Positions 1 to 11,900 of a DNA stretch of 64,000 nucleotides are shown here, piece by piece (the stretch's first letter is position 1; every line of letters starts with the position of its first letter). This DNA comes from Iphione sp. A-MEVVRFRX5. Lineage: Eukaryota. The notes under the pieces are model-generated. The model did not search any database, was not told the origin of the DNA, and was given only the letters and a program-made list of their open reading frames with translations. The position numbers and the translations under genes were made by a program. The stretch spans positions 58,652,001-58,716,000 of the forward strand of contig OZ320315.1 of the NCBI GenBank assembly GCA_976226885.1, given 5' to 3'.

Positions 1-2675
1 TTGTTTGCAAGGTTAACTCGGATTTTGTGTGACGTTCCTGTTGAGCATCTGTCTCCGGTCCCCGAGCACAAAACACCTTATCTGCTTTTGCCTTCTTTGA
101 TCATAAAAATTCGCTCCAGAAGGTGCTTAAACTTTCTCAGAGTTTCATACTTGACGTTAAGCCATTTGAGGCAGAAGCGAAGCTTGATCTTGATCTTCAT
201 GCCACTCCCAGACATTTCCTCGGTGATTATTATGAAGTTGGATATTATTTCTTCGAACTTGCTGCCGTGGTGTGGTCCCAGCGAGAAATATATGTAAGAA
301 ACAACGAGGTGACCGACGAAGCTTAGGATAAACCGAAACACCGCTGGCCAAACGGAAATCTTTTGTGGCTGCCTCTCTGCTCACATAGATGAGAAGGCTC
401 GGTAAAAGTTGCGGGAGCATGTAATAATGTTTTCATTTGGATAATCCTCAGTTTCGCCTTCAGTTTCTCATGATAGTGATTTGTTCTGACGTTGCATACT
501 TTACCGAGGAAACTAAAAATAAGACCAGAGCATGCAGTTAAGACGACTTTCACTACACCTCACCCCTTACATTCTGCATTTCCAGCCCATGCTTGGGTTG
601 CGTCTCTTCAAAGTGTCAGGTCTTCAGTAAATCAATGAGATTTCTTTAAATATATATTGGTTTAAGCCAAAATATATATCATATGAGTAGTATACATGTA
701 CATATGTTCACGGGATTGTTTTTGGCAATTGCATAAAATGTGTAAACTAGTCGATACCCATTGTTTTAGCAGCATATATAAAAACATCCCATTTCAACAC
801 GTTTACTATATGTTCACATTACCATTGAAATAAACCTAGACTGTAGCATTTAATATGTGCTGATAGCAAAGCTCAATATACATTTGCCCAACCCTCGTGA
901 TAGAAACTACCTATGCCAAAGAATGCTTTGTTCAAAGAAGGATGCAAGTGCATAATTCATGATTGTTTGTGGGTCGTGTAAACAAGAGGGTGCATTGATG
1001 ATGAATGATTAATGAACTCTCAATCTGTATCGGACCATTTATCAATAGAGTTGTTTTTATTATATAATGATCAATTACGGAATTTCAGTACATGCATTTT
1101 GAAAGACTTCAATGACAGGGTCAAAGGTATTTTTCAATGTGACTAGCCGAACCACAGAGTTCACAAAAGGAGAGTGGCAGAGAGAAGGGGTGTTGTAAAA
1201 GTTATGTGTATATATTTAGAGACAAATGTAGAAAGACAGAATGAGAGAATTACAAGGACAATAGAATTGAGGAAATTGATTCTGAATTCGCGTCTATTCT
1301 TTTGCATCCAAAATCAACATCTTGTGCACTTTGTTAGTATCAAGCGTTTGGTTTGGATCGAAAAGTTTTCTCCGCATGGAACAAATATTTGGAAGCTTGA
1401 GTACGCAATGCACATCTACAAATGAGATAACATACAGTTCGCAAAGTTTCATCATGGCCATTACCAGTAGAAAACAAGTTAATACTGGAGTGTTGCATGT
1501 TATTGGCTACATTCTGATTTCACAAAGCTTCAGGGTCCAGGTTGTTAAGGATTCATTTCATCTCCTCCATTTCACATATGATAGTGTTTTCAAGATTGTA
1601 AGGACATCTATGTCTCTTACATATCACGGCTGGTCATTTCCCGACCCACCCCCGGTATTTAAAGGATACTGTTTCGGCCTGCTCAGTTTTACCTAGTGCA
1701 ACAACTTTATCATCATGAGACTTTTAACAAAAGCAATACATGAAGAAGGCTAGCTGATTTGTGTAGCATGTGAAAGGCACATAACCCTCTCCTAAAAGAA
1801 AACAGTTCGAAAAGCAAACATGAGCAAGTCACTCTCGTATTGACCCAGTCTTTTTCCCCTGCGGCATCACCGTTTGCCTTTTTCTCTGGGACCCCCTCCA
1901 TATACAGGTCATTTTACGGCCGTGCTGCTAATGCTTCAAACGTTTTCTTCCTGAAACGTCTGTCTTCTCTTCTCCTTTTACAACGATATAAGTCACCCCT
2001 AGCCCGCCGACAAAGTAACTCACATCTCCTAAACCTCCTACAGGCCTGACTGGCTCTCCAGATGGTTGCCTGTTTCTTCAGCCAACCACACTCTGCGTAG
2101 AAGCCTAAGGTAAAAACAAGGAATATCTACCCCAACACATTTCTGTGCTTACCACATCGGAAATGAGGCATGTCTTAATACATTCACAAGATAAAAATCA
2201 GTGGTGCGAAATAGGCACGATTGCAAGGTGAAAGCGATTTAAAAATGTGTTTGAAATTCGTTAATAGGTGGTCCTTCATTGAAATAATATCACGCATTTA
2301 GTTATTTAGGGCGCTTAGTAGTGAAGAGTGGGTTAGACTAAGGTGTTGACGGTGGAAAAAAGTGTGTGTTGGTTTCTGGTTGGCGTAAGTTTAAAATTGG
2401 AGGTGGCGTGTCCATAAATAGGGTTATCCATGGTGAAAAGGGAGTACAAATCGAGGAAAGGTGCCCGGCATGAAGAGCACTCAAGGGTTTGATTTGTTAG
2501 TGTACACATGGAAATGTATTATGTAATGGGAACTTTTACATCCTTTCCGCACCGTGCTTTTTGTATATTTCATACTCTCCAGCATTTAACACAGTAATAT
2601 AATCCAGCGTAGGACTAAACGTTGGTACTGTTTTGTTTAAAAGATTGTATCCAGAGCTTCCTTTATATTCTGATA

Positions 2676-2802
2676 CACGATAGAACCTCTCTGTGAACGT
2701 TACCATGTGTTTCTTTTCAAAACTCGCTTTGGAGCGTTTTGGAGAGAAGGCCCTACACTAAACAGTAATTCATCCTGTTGTGAAAGAAATGTGGTTCCAC
2801 TG
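2676..2802. mobile_element. Possible degenerate Tc1/mariner (pogo/Tigger-like) MITE
   Basis: The right end reads GGTTCCACTG followed by TA (2793-2804). The left end TA-CACGATAGAACCTC only partly matches the expected CAGTGGAACC inverted repeat. Confidence 0.3.
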
Positions 2803-4624
2803 TATAAATTCGGTCAACTGCATTCTTTTGTAACAACTTAAATATACAATTAATAAATATGTCTTTTTAATAATATTTTACTCTCCAGCCCCCCCCCCCC
2901 CAAAAAAAAATTAATCAGCTGCTAGAGAATATATCCTTTGCCCGCCTGGCGGATAAGGTTCCCCTCGGAAATTCCACCCTCGTCCCTCTCAAAGCTGCTC
3001 CCGCATGAAGCGGCGGGCGATAGTTTCCGGGTATTCTGTTGAGTAGACTTTCGGAGCAGCCGCCTGCGGGCCCTTCCCGCTCGCTCGTCCACCCACTCAC
3101 TCACCAACTCGATAAAGCTGCTGCCCCCATAATCTATCAGGCGCCCTCCCACCGTGTTCGGTTGGCCCGGGTCTTCCCGAGTGCCGACGTAATGCCTTCC
3201 TGCGGGGCCACAGGTAAAGCCATGAGCTGCTCTAAAGTGACGCGCCGAGGTCATTTCCCAATGATCAAACTCCCTGCTCCTTTGTACTCGGAGATCACGC
3301 AAAGTGAACCGTGCCTGCTCGATCAAAGCGCACCAAGCTTGGCAGAATCTCCCGCCGACAATGCAAGCAGCAGCCCCAATGTCCCTTTCGTCCACTTCTT
3401 GTCACCCGTCCGACTTTACCGTTCGTAATAGATAGGGGAACATGCCGTCTCTACCACTTCAAAGGAATGCTTTTTAAAGTGCTCTGCTGTTCTGAGCGAA
3501 ACGTCCAGATTTGTAGACCATCCATGGTTAAAGGTAGATATCGGTGCTATCTCTATTTCCTTTTTTAGGCGGATGTCTTCATTGTGGTTCAACCCTCTTG
3601 CCAGCATTATATGTTTGTGTGCATGCTTGTGTGTGCCTGTGTTTGTGTGGTAAGGACGGTAACACTAAATCTCTTCACTTAAGAATGTTGATCATCAGAG
3701 CATCCTTACGCCCATCTCTCTCACCTCTCTCCAGCCCTCATCTTCTACTCTTCTTTATTTCCTCAAATATTCTTCGCATCTTGCATACCCTCTTTCCCAC
3801 ACTTTTCTCAGTAGTACTAGATCTCTTTGCGGTTCTCCCTACCGAGCCTCTCTTCTTCAGGACGTGGGAGCCATCAGAAAGGTGTTTGTCCTCAGGACGT
3901 CTGTGAAAATGTTGAAGGCGTTGGACGAACCGTTACACAAAACTGTGCCAGGGGCGCATCGGACACGGGGTCTGGTAGACCTTTGCTTATGAACCAGATA
4001 GGTAGTTTAGAAAGATGTGAGGGGTGTGGCGTTTGCCACATCGACAACGCCAACACTTTGGCACGGCTGCATGTCGGGCAACGCTCGGCACCAGTCAGCG
4101 GCACCAGGGCGCCCCATTACTGCCTCCTTCTGTAAGTCAAGTCTCGCCGGGCGTGAGGAGCACAACTCTTCCTTTGGCGTGGTACAGGAGCCGGCAAGTC
4201 ATCCCCCAGGCACTGAGTTAACGGCTCCTGTCTGGCCCAAGGAGAGGTCCCATGAGTAAATGAAATACATCCGCATCGGGAGGCTGTCTGCCATCTGGCA
4301 TGAACAAGTTATTTGCTTCACGAGCTATAACTATTAATCTCATAGCATATTCATGCTTAACAAATTGCCGCACTAACCAAGCAGAAATCATAGTCATACA
4401 TGTATCTTTGTAACGACAAATACTAAATCCAAGGCAAAGAAAAGCTTTGGATTTAAGAAAGTGCCGATTTAACGGCGTAAACTTTGCATGCATTGTATAC
4501 TTGGACTAGTGTGGGCTTTAGACGATTCACTTTAAAAAAAAAATCTCTTATCAGCTGCACGCAAACCATACTACTATTCGGGGGATGGTTTTATTGATCG
4601 TAGCATTAAAAATGATGGCCCTGC

Positions 4625-4638
4625 ACTTAACAAAACTG
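4625..4638 (+). repeat. Left copy of putative 14-bp TSD ACTTAACAAAACTG
   Basis: Identical to 6354-6367; the flanking bases differ on both sides. Confidence 0.7.
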
Positions 4639-4664
4639 CCCCAACCGACCAAACACACAACGTC

Positions 4665-5216
4665 ATGGCAACCCATCTACTAAAATGTGACTTCTGCAAA
4701 GCCTGGCTTAAGAACGAACGAGCACTTCTTAGACATCTCAATAAATATCATCGTGATGCCAAACAGGGTGACATCAAACGGGGTAAGTACCCGTGTTTCA
4801 TATGCCCATCCACATTCACCCGCCCAAGTACGTTGAAAAGACACTCAATTAAACAACACAATTACCTGCATCCATTACCCAAACCCGTCCTAGGCTACGT
4901 GAGACAACCCATCTACAAAAAACCTCTATGGAGAAACAATACAATCACTCCAGAAAATGTGAAATTTAAAACATTGACATTTGTATCACCTTACAGACGA
5001 CGTCGGGCTCGCAAAGATGATACACTCACCGAGAAAACCAACGATACGCACGATTCCGAAGAACAAGCCACGAAAATCGCCCACACCACCCCCTGTGTCC
5101 ACGACCAAAAGGAAGAAGTCACCAGAACCAGACCAGTTAATGAGCATCACACAAAAGATCAAGAAACAAGAATCCACGTCCAGACAGATTATACAACTGA
5201 GTCCTCAGATGTCTGA
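4665..5216 (+). CDS. C2H2 zinc-finger protein, N-terminal part (183 aa as read)
   Basis: ATG in GTCATGG context. Two C-x2-C-x12-H-x4-H motifs: CDFCKAWLKNERALLRHLNKYH (4686-4751) and CFICPSTFTRPSTLKRHSIKQH (4794-4859). Confidence 0.75.
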   Translation: MATHLLKCDFCKAWLKNERALLRHLNKYHRDAKQGDIKRGKYPCFICPSTFTRPSTLKRHSIKQHNYLHPLPKPVLGYVRQPIYKKPLWRNNTITPENVKFKTLTFVSPYRRRRARKDDTLTEKTNDTHDSEEQATKIAHTTPCVHDQKEEVTRTRPVNEHHTKDQETRIHVQTDYTTESSDV

Positions 5217-5868
5217 TCCAACCGTAAGGAAATCTGGACGCCACCTACACCCATCTGCTACACACCCTAGAAACAAACCGAATTCATCAACATCAACCAA
5301 ACCCCAGCCAGGGGGGGTGAACAAACCGACAAGCCAAGATGGTTCAACCCAACCGACGAAGGACAAGACACTAAGCCCAGTACATCTACCGCCAGTACTG
5401 ACTATAAACCTCGAAGAAGATTTAGAGGTAAGCGACAGTGACGAGAGCAGCACACCGGATGATAGCGACGACTCCAGCAACACGTCTAACTCAGACTCTG
5501 AGGAAGACCCATCCGACGTAGTGACGACCACCCAAACGAATGAAGGGATGGCTGACCCGACTGCTATGGACACCAACAACAGCAACACAACAACGGAAGA
5601 AGACCCCCTGGATACAGATGACGGCAACAAGTCCTACCCTGTAGAAGAATACGTCCCACGCCCAACAGAAGCCAGCAGGACCACCACTGCCACATACAGA
5701 CCCAGTGCCAGACACCTGTCTAATTTTACCACACGTGCCACACATGTACCAGCATCTGAAATTATGTATGATTTGTGGAGAATCGTAGGGAAAATAAACC
5801 AAACGGTTGGTGATGATTTGGCCCGGATACTTGTAAGGGAGGGCCTCATAAGACCATTGAGGCAGTAA
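4981..5868 (+). CDS. Ser/Thr/Pro/acidic low-complexity ORF with a short helical-looking C-terminus; probably the +1-frameshifted continuation of the zinc-finger ORF
   Basis: 295 open codons in AT-rich DNA, overlapping 4665-5216 in the +1 frame. It contains an S/D/E tract (VSDSDESSTPDDSDDSSNTSNSDSEED) and ends IMYDLWRIVGKINQTVGDDLARILVREGLIRPLRQ. It also has its own ATG at 5017. Confidence 0.6.
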   Translation: MYHLTDDVGLAKMIHSPRKPTIRTIPKNKPRKSPTPPPVSTTKRKKSPEPDQLMSITQKIKKQESTSRQIIQLSPQMSDPTVRKSGRHLHPSATHPRNKPNSSTSTKPQPGGVNKPTSQDGSTQPTKDKTLSPVHLPPVLTINLEEDLEVSDSDESSTPDDSDDSSNTSNSDSEEDPSDVVTTTQTNEGMADPTAMDTNNSNTTTEEDPLDTDDGNKSYPVEEYVPRPTEASRTTTATYRPSARHLSNFTTRATHVPASEIMYDLWRIVGKINQTVGDDLARILVREGLIRPLRQ

Positions 5869-6240
5869 CAGGCCATTAATTGATTAAAAATGGATTATGC
5901 TCTGAAGTACATCAGAGCTTGATAAGACATTAATTGGTTTATTGCATTTATACGGTTCATCGACTTCCACGTTAGATAATTCACTGATTACACAACGTAA
6001 TAGTTTTTTTAAAAAAAATGTTTAACCGAATTTAAAAGTTGATTACATGTCTTGAGTAAAATGTTAACGTTCAACCAACGGTTGTAACATAAGCACATAT
6101 CACACACCACAGTACAAATGCATCACTCAGTACAACCCACTATTACTTTAGCTGCACTCATTCACACTAAGGGCCTCAACAACCAAGATTACACAAGCTG
6201 CACTTAGAGGCACTTCAATACATAATCCCATCACCTACAC

Positions 6241-6282
6241 AACCCCTGAAGAAGTCACTCACATATGACGAAACGTTGGGTT
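6241..6282 (+). ncRNA. Minimal type I hammerhead ribozyme (Penelope-like-element type)
   Basis: Helix I AACCC (6241-45) pairs with GGGTT (6278-82). Core CTGAAGA is at 6246-52. Helix II GTCA/TGAC encloses the loop CTCACATA, followed by GAAA (6270-73) and a minimal palindromic helix III (AACGTT). Predicted cleavage is after GUU at 6277. Confidence 0.8.
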
Positions 6283-6291
6283 ATTTACGGC

Positions 6292-6297
6292 AATAAA
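6292..6297 (+). promoter_or_regulatory. Polyadenylation signal AATAAA of the ribozyme-ended element
   Basis: AATAAA 10 nt after the hammerhead and about 55 nt before the right TSD copy. Confidence 0.55.
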
Positions 6298-6353
6298 GCA
6301 ACCTAAATCTACATCTGGTCTTCAAGAGTTGTCTGTCTTTTTCTGTACACCAT

Positions 6354-6367
6354 ACTTAACAAAACTG
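6354..6367 (+). repeat. Right copy of putative 14-bp TSD ACTTAACAAAACTG
   Basis: Identical to 4625-4638. Confidence 0.7.
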
Positions 6368-7301
6368 TTGGACCACCGCACAAAGGAGAATGCTCTCAGA
6401 AAACATTAAGCAGGTGACTTATCTTGCTGATCTTGGAAATTGTACCTGTACATATAAAATAAAGCAATATTGTGGCTTAGATCATCTCCTCCATAGATAG
6501 CGAAATGTTTCCCAAATGCCTATTCATATTTTACGTTCCCAATCTGGCGAAGTCCAATATTCAGTGACCTGTGGTGAGTAGGTTGTTTTGGCCATAACCT
6601 TCGCACACTTCCGTGAATATCTGAGAAGGTAAAAATAGCTTCCACTGCGCTATAAATAACTCAGCCCAACTATTTTAAGACTGGCAAACAACATACCTAA
6701 GGCCACTGGTTTAGAATTTTTACAAAATTCGCACCGTACAATATTACTTGAGCGATGGCAGTCTATCAAATAACATATCTACGTGCTCCATCATTTCTTT
6801 AAAACGTTCATGGGTAGGTTCATGTGCATCCGACAGTATTTTTATTGATAGCACTTTCCATTCATCTCATACAGGCTGGAAGGAGACGGGACAACAAGGC
6901 GCCGGAAACCCGAGCTAATATTTTAGCTTCTGTAGAATTTTAAGGGAACGGAGTATACTTATACACTGCCTTTCGAATTTACTGTTGAACTACAAATACC
7001 TCCGTGTAAACGAGACATACTAGAGGAATAAAACCGTTACATCCTAATACAATATGAAGATCTGAGCTTTATATGTAGCCACGCCCTTGTTACACAAAAC
7101 TGGTGATGTGGTGCAACCTCCTTCGTCTGTATGACTGTTTTATACTTGATCAGTGACGAATTGAAAGATAATCCATCGTTCAGAGGATATACACTGTATT
7201 ACGGACAGCCAGTGGTGAAACACGTATCAACCCAAGAGGGGTCCTGGGTGATAAAGTTATAACTACGGAGGAAGTCATTAGCAAATCTTTACCCACAATA
7301 T

Positions 7302-7381
7302 TGCACCAATGGATATGTTCGCGGTGAGGTAAGACGTCTCTGTGCACCAATGGATATGTCAGTGGTGGGTCAGACGTCTCT
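7302..7381 (+). repeat. Imperfect tandem duplication, period 41 bp
   Basis: TGCACCAATGGATATGT...AGACGTCTCT occurs at 7302 and again at 7343. Confidence 0.75.
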
Positions 7382-7899
7382 CCAGACGTAGGCTCCGCAT
7401 ATGCAACTCATGTACTGATATACTTGAAGATATAGCGTGAATATGAGATATTCATGAGAAGAAGGGATATATACATACCTGGTTCCTGATAACAGTGAAA
7501 TAATTCACGGACTAACAGCCTCAGTGATCGATACCATGCTGTTATTTGACCAGTGAAGATCTCACTGCGCCAACAGCACGTATAGTACATACATCTATTT
7601 TTAACACACAAGGGCACACGTAGTTTGACTAAAAATACCCTATACATGTATCTACTATATACAGTCCTTCTCAAATCTGAATTATACGATGTATAAGACT
7701 ATACTAAGGGGCAATGGAATGATCCAATAATACACCGATAAGTTCTACTTCAGAAGTAGGAAGAGAAAGGATATCAGTCCCCTGGATAAGCAACAGAAGA
7801 TTAAAATAGATGAAAAAATAAGTGAAACAGATGATCAGGCTGTTCAAGATCCGGATATGGGATAATTCGTGACCTATGGAGTAGGGATCATGACCTGAA

Positions 7900-10800
7900 C
7901 AACAGGATAGAGGAAATACTGGAAACCTGTAATGATAACACATGTACATGTGTTACGAAAGTTACAGAAATGGCTATAGAGAATAGTGAACGGATATCAC
8001 AGTCCTGTGAAAATGTAATCACAATGAATCAATGTATCGATGACCTAGAAAGGGAAAACGCGGATCTATAGGTAAAAGTTTGTAATATTAGAAGAAAAAG
8101 TGGTTATGTGCAGATCAACGGTTGGAAGACTACAAGCAGCTAGGTGTTTCAATCGTTAAAACAATACTTTTTATTGAACGTTAAGTCTAAATGCCCGGGG
8201 AGGATCCGACGGCAATTGCGCTAGGCCTTTTTGTGTCAATAAGAGTAGTGCATTGTGTAGGGAGGACATCGACTGTGCCTATCGTACCAAAAGACAAAAT
8301 AGCCATGGCATAAAGGGGTGTATAATTATGGAGACAAGAATTAAAAGAACTAATTATGCATGTAAAGAAATTGTTGAAAGGTAAGAATATCTGGATCAAT
8401 CATAATCTTACAAAGACCCCAAAGGATGAACTAATGAGGAAAAAAACGCTGCAGAGAGGAGAGGAGCACCTATATTGGATAATGACACAACCCATACAAT
8501 AAAAAAAGACGAACGCAAGGGAGTCTCTGCTCAACTGACTGAGCCTGTAGCAATCACCAAGTCCACTGTATATCAAGAATACCTAGCTACAGCAAGAATG
8601 GAAACAACTATTAGTAGCACTGCTGAGAATAGGTCGGGCTCTGACCATTCAAAGTTGAGTTTATTTGTGGACTTTGATTAAGGTCACCTCACACCTGGCT
8701 ATGAGTGTGCTCCCTACAGCACAAAGTATAGAATAGCCAAGAAGAATGTAAATTGGAGCTAATCTTTGCTCCAAGAGAAATTCATTCAAGACACGGAAGT
8801 CATTAAATGAACTGTTCTGCACTAGTGGTTGAAATATTGTAATTTTGACCCAAAGGAGTAGTCATACCTTCCTGGGTGTGAATTACTACTGTCATCTTTT
8901 GGTCAGCATACAGAAAGAAATTTAAAGTGCGTCATGAGCATGAAATATAGGCTTCAATTACTTCTGCTAAATACATAATATATAATATTTCACATATAGA
9001 TGATGCCACTCCCATGGTGCTTCCTCTACTGAATAATTTTAGGAGGGATTAATGACATTATAAAACGTCGTTTCTACACATTGCCTGATGGCTTGACTCC
9101 TTGGTCATATGTAACACCTCATTATGCTACCATACGGGAGCATAGTTATCATATTGATTCATTACTGCAAAATGAGGTGTATATTTTTGGTGATACTTTA
9201 GAAAATGTTACTGTGGTGTTCTCTGCAATATTCAGTATGATCTATGACTCCATTGTTCATGCTAATTCACTGATTAGACAATATTGGAACATTGATACAC
9301 AAAAGTGATAATCATCGCTCGAGGGATTGTTACAATTGATTAGCTGGTGAGTGTCATTTAAAGGGAACATATAGTTGTAAGCTATCATAAATGAGATCTG
9401 ATTATATACTTACCCATTGCAATGATATAGTAAATGTTGAGTTATTTACTGGAAGTACATTGTCTCATGAGCTAGATATGACCAGATCAATGTCATTACC
9501 AAAGAATGGTATAGGACATCTGGACTTTCACTGAGAATGATATTAAAGTGTAGCTAAGATCATCACCCACAGGTATTGTGTGGAAATTTTCAATCAATTA
9601 TTACTCAATATGTACTATATTTAGTTGAAAATATAGTGTAGTTGGGGTACCCGATTTTCGCATTTTTAAGGAATTTGTAATGGGTTGTATTGACTTCACT
9701 CTGCAGTCATCATGCGGGCTTATGTACGCCATCCATCTGTTTAGAATTAAGATTTTCATTTTTACTTCATTTCATAGTCCAATTTCATACTATGATTATG
9801 CACTTTATGCATAGTGGTGTTACAAAATTTTTCAATTGCTAGTATGAACTTTGAATGTCTCTGGTGTTTGCTATAGTTTTTTTAATATAAGTTGTATCAG
9901 TGTGCTCTATATTGACCACCACATAGTCCATGAATGTGAATATGCTAAATGTCAGTTCCTCCTAAGTAATTAGACTATAGGATCTCATGTCGAAGTATGC
10001 CTGCAAAAAATTAACAGAACAACTCACTTGCATCACCTGGCACTCATGTACATTAATAGATATAATTATAACTAATATTCCAGACTTAATCTCCTTTGAT
10101 GGAGTAATGCGATAACCCTTGAGTGATCATGATGTCATCACCTGTTTGATAATAACCAAGAAGTTCTGCACAGGAGGAATACAAATAGATTAGGAGCAAC
10201 AAAAAATTCAATGAGAACGAGTATGTCAATAAGGTTACCCCTTACTAAGATGATATTGTTGAAAGGAAACAATCAATAAATTCCAGGTGGGAGGTGGTAT
10301 CTGCCATATTACAAAGTGCCATAATCAGTAGAATCCAAAAAGGAAGAAGAGGATACTATTTCCCAAAAATAGATGGTTTAGTAAAGAACGGAACAATATG
10401 ATAAGGGAGATAAATCAGTTTTTCAAATTGGCTCTTTCCTCACAACAAGTTGGAAGGTTAGTTAAAATACACAATATTAAAACGAAAGGTACTATATGCT
10501 GTATGCACGGCAAAAAGACTACATTATTAGCTAAACCATAGAACATAAATCAGAAAGTAGGAAATATTGCATGTTTATAAAGGATACTCTTTGCTATGGA
10601 CAGAAAAAAACAACTGAAATCACTCTAACACTAGACAAAAAACTGGCAAATTCTTTGGAAATTGCCAACAGGATGCACACATATTCTACCATAATATTCA
10701 TATTCTACCATAATAAGTACAGGGGATCATATGGGCATAGTCAATTAGGAGGATGAGATACAAAAGCACTGTACAGAAACGTTACAGCCATTCGTAACCT

Positions 10801-11900
10801 CAGAAGGCAAAGTGGTAAAAGCATTGAAATCATCCAGTGATAACAAGCTGGCCTTTCTTGGGGATATTAAAGTAAAAAGAGTAAAAACAGTATTTATGAA
10901 AAGTCCAAGAATATTTGTAAAATTATCTAACGATGGTTCCATATAGTAGTACATGTAATTCTTAATCGGTGGAAGATTAGCATAGTACTTCCATTACCAA
11001 AGGTAATACATGTAGAACCATCTAAGATTGAAAAGTACCAACCAATTAATTTACTTAATAAGCTAAGGTTCAAGAAAGGGTAGTCCATAATAACATTTCA
11101 AAGCATTCGGAGGATAATAAAATATTCAGTAAAATCTAATAGCTAAAGGGTAACTTAAAATAATATCGACTAATATGACAATAGAATGTGAGGTACCCCA
11201 TAGATCAATATTAGGTCCATTTTTTGTAATTTTACAAAATTCTCTACCAGAAGTATTTAACTTTCCCATTGTTATGTGTATGCAGGCGATCTTGTGAAAA
11301 TTGCTTCTGGTAAGACCCTAAAGCAAGTTAAAAATACATTATCCAAGATCGTGAGATGCACTAAATCAATGAAAATACTTATGAATGCAAGAAACGACTG
11401 TAGGGATACAATTCCGTTACCACAGAAAATCAAGGGATCAGTTCACTGAGGTAAAGTGTAGGAAAATGAATATCTTGATGGTTTAAAAGGTCAAATATTT
11501 AGGATTGATTCTTGATGAATACCTATCAATGCACTATGATCTAAGATTAATTTCTCACAGAAATGATATGCAACACTGAATCATCTAGGTGGTATGAAAG
11601 TACCTTGATAGGATTAGTACTATTAATATCACGAGGAGTATGGTATTACCAGTGAGTAGTATGCAGTAGCAATCAACACAAATACAGCGTGTAGACCATT
11701 GAATACAATTATATGAGCTAGAAAAAGAGTAGTAAATTGTCCTACAGATATAAAAAAATATTCATTCAAAAGTCCTACAGATATAAAAAAATATTCATTC
11801 AAAAGAGTACAAAAAGATTTTATTGCCCGAAGAGGCAGACACCTCTCATTGTTAGCATATAGGTAGCTAAATACAAAGGTAATGCCGTATAACTCCATCA
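7900..11900 (+). mobile_element. Old, decayed CR1/L2-group non-LTR retrotransposon (LINE); boundaries approximate
   Basis: Collinear degenerate motifs, interrupted by stops and frameshifts. ORF1-like: LERENADL (about 8045) and KKLLKGKNIWINHNLTK (about 8365-8415). APE endonuclease: TLIDIIITN (about 10050) and LSDHDVI (about 10119). RT: WKISIVLPLPK...YQPINLL (10970-11057), VPHRSILGP (about 11193, for VPQGSILGP), YAGD (11279-11290, for YADD) and KYLGLILDEYLS (11493-11528). Confidence 0.8.
11739..11804 (+). repeat. Perfect 33-bp tandem duplication
   Basis: GTCCTACAGATATAAAAAAATATTCATTCAAAA occurs twice (11739 and 11772). Confidence 0.9.

Larger units (their letters stand above)
4639..6353 (+). 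mobile_element. RT-less retroposed unit of Penelope-like character: C2H2 zinc-finger ORF plus 3' hammerhead ribozyme, flanked by a 14-bp target-site duplication
   Basis: ACTTAACAAAACTG occurs exactly at 4625-4638 and 6354-6367. The ATG is 26 nt inside the left copy. A hammerhead motif (6241-6282) and AATAAA (6292-6297) lie just inside the right copy. No RT or GIY-YIG motifs were seen. Confidence 0.65.

Noticed and set aside
78-341. Minus-strand 87-aa ORF with protein-like composition
   Set aside because: No recognisable domain or clear splice sites, and other frames are equally open.
2024-2104. 81-bp minus-strand candidate exon (TTTTACCTTAG acceptor, GTGAGT donor; FYAECGWLKKQATIWRASQACRRFRR)
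   Set aside because: Good splice signals, but no partner exons or homology could be identified, so it cannot be supported alone.
2915-4260. GC-rich ORFs (157, 129 and 102 aa); one phrase LLLALSAGDSAKLGAL faintly resembles a DIRS tyrosine-recombinase motif
   Set aside because: The catalytic Arg and spacing do not match, and no other YR, RT or RH motifs were found.
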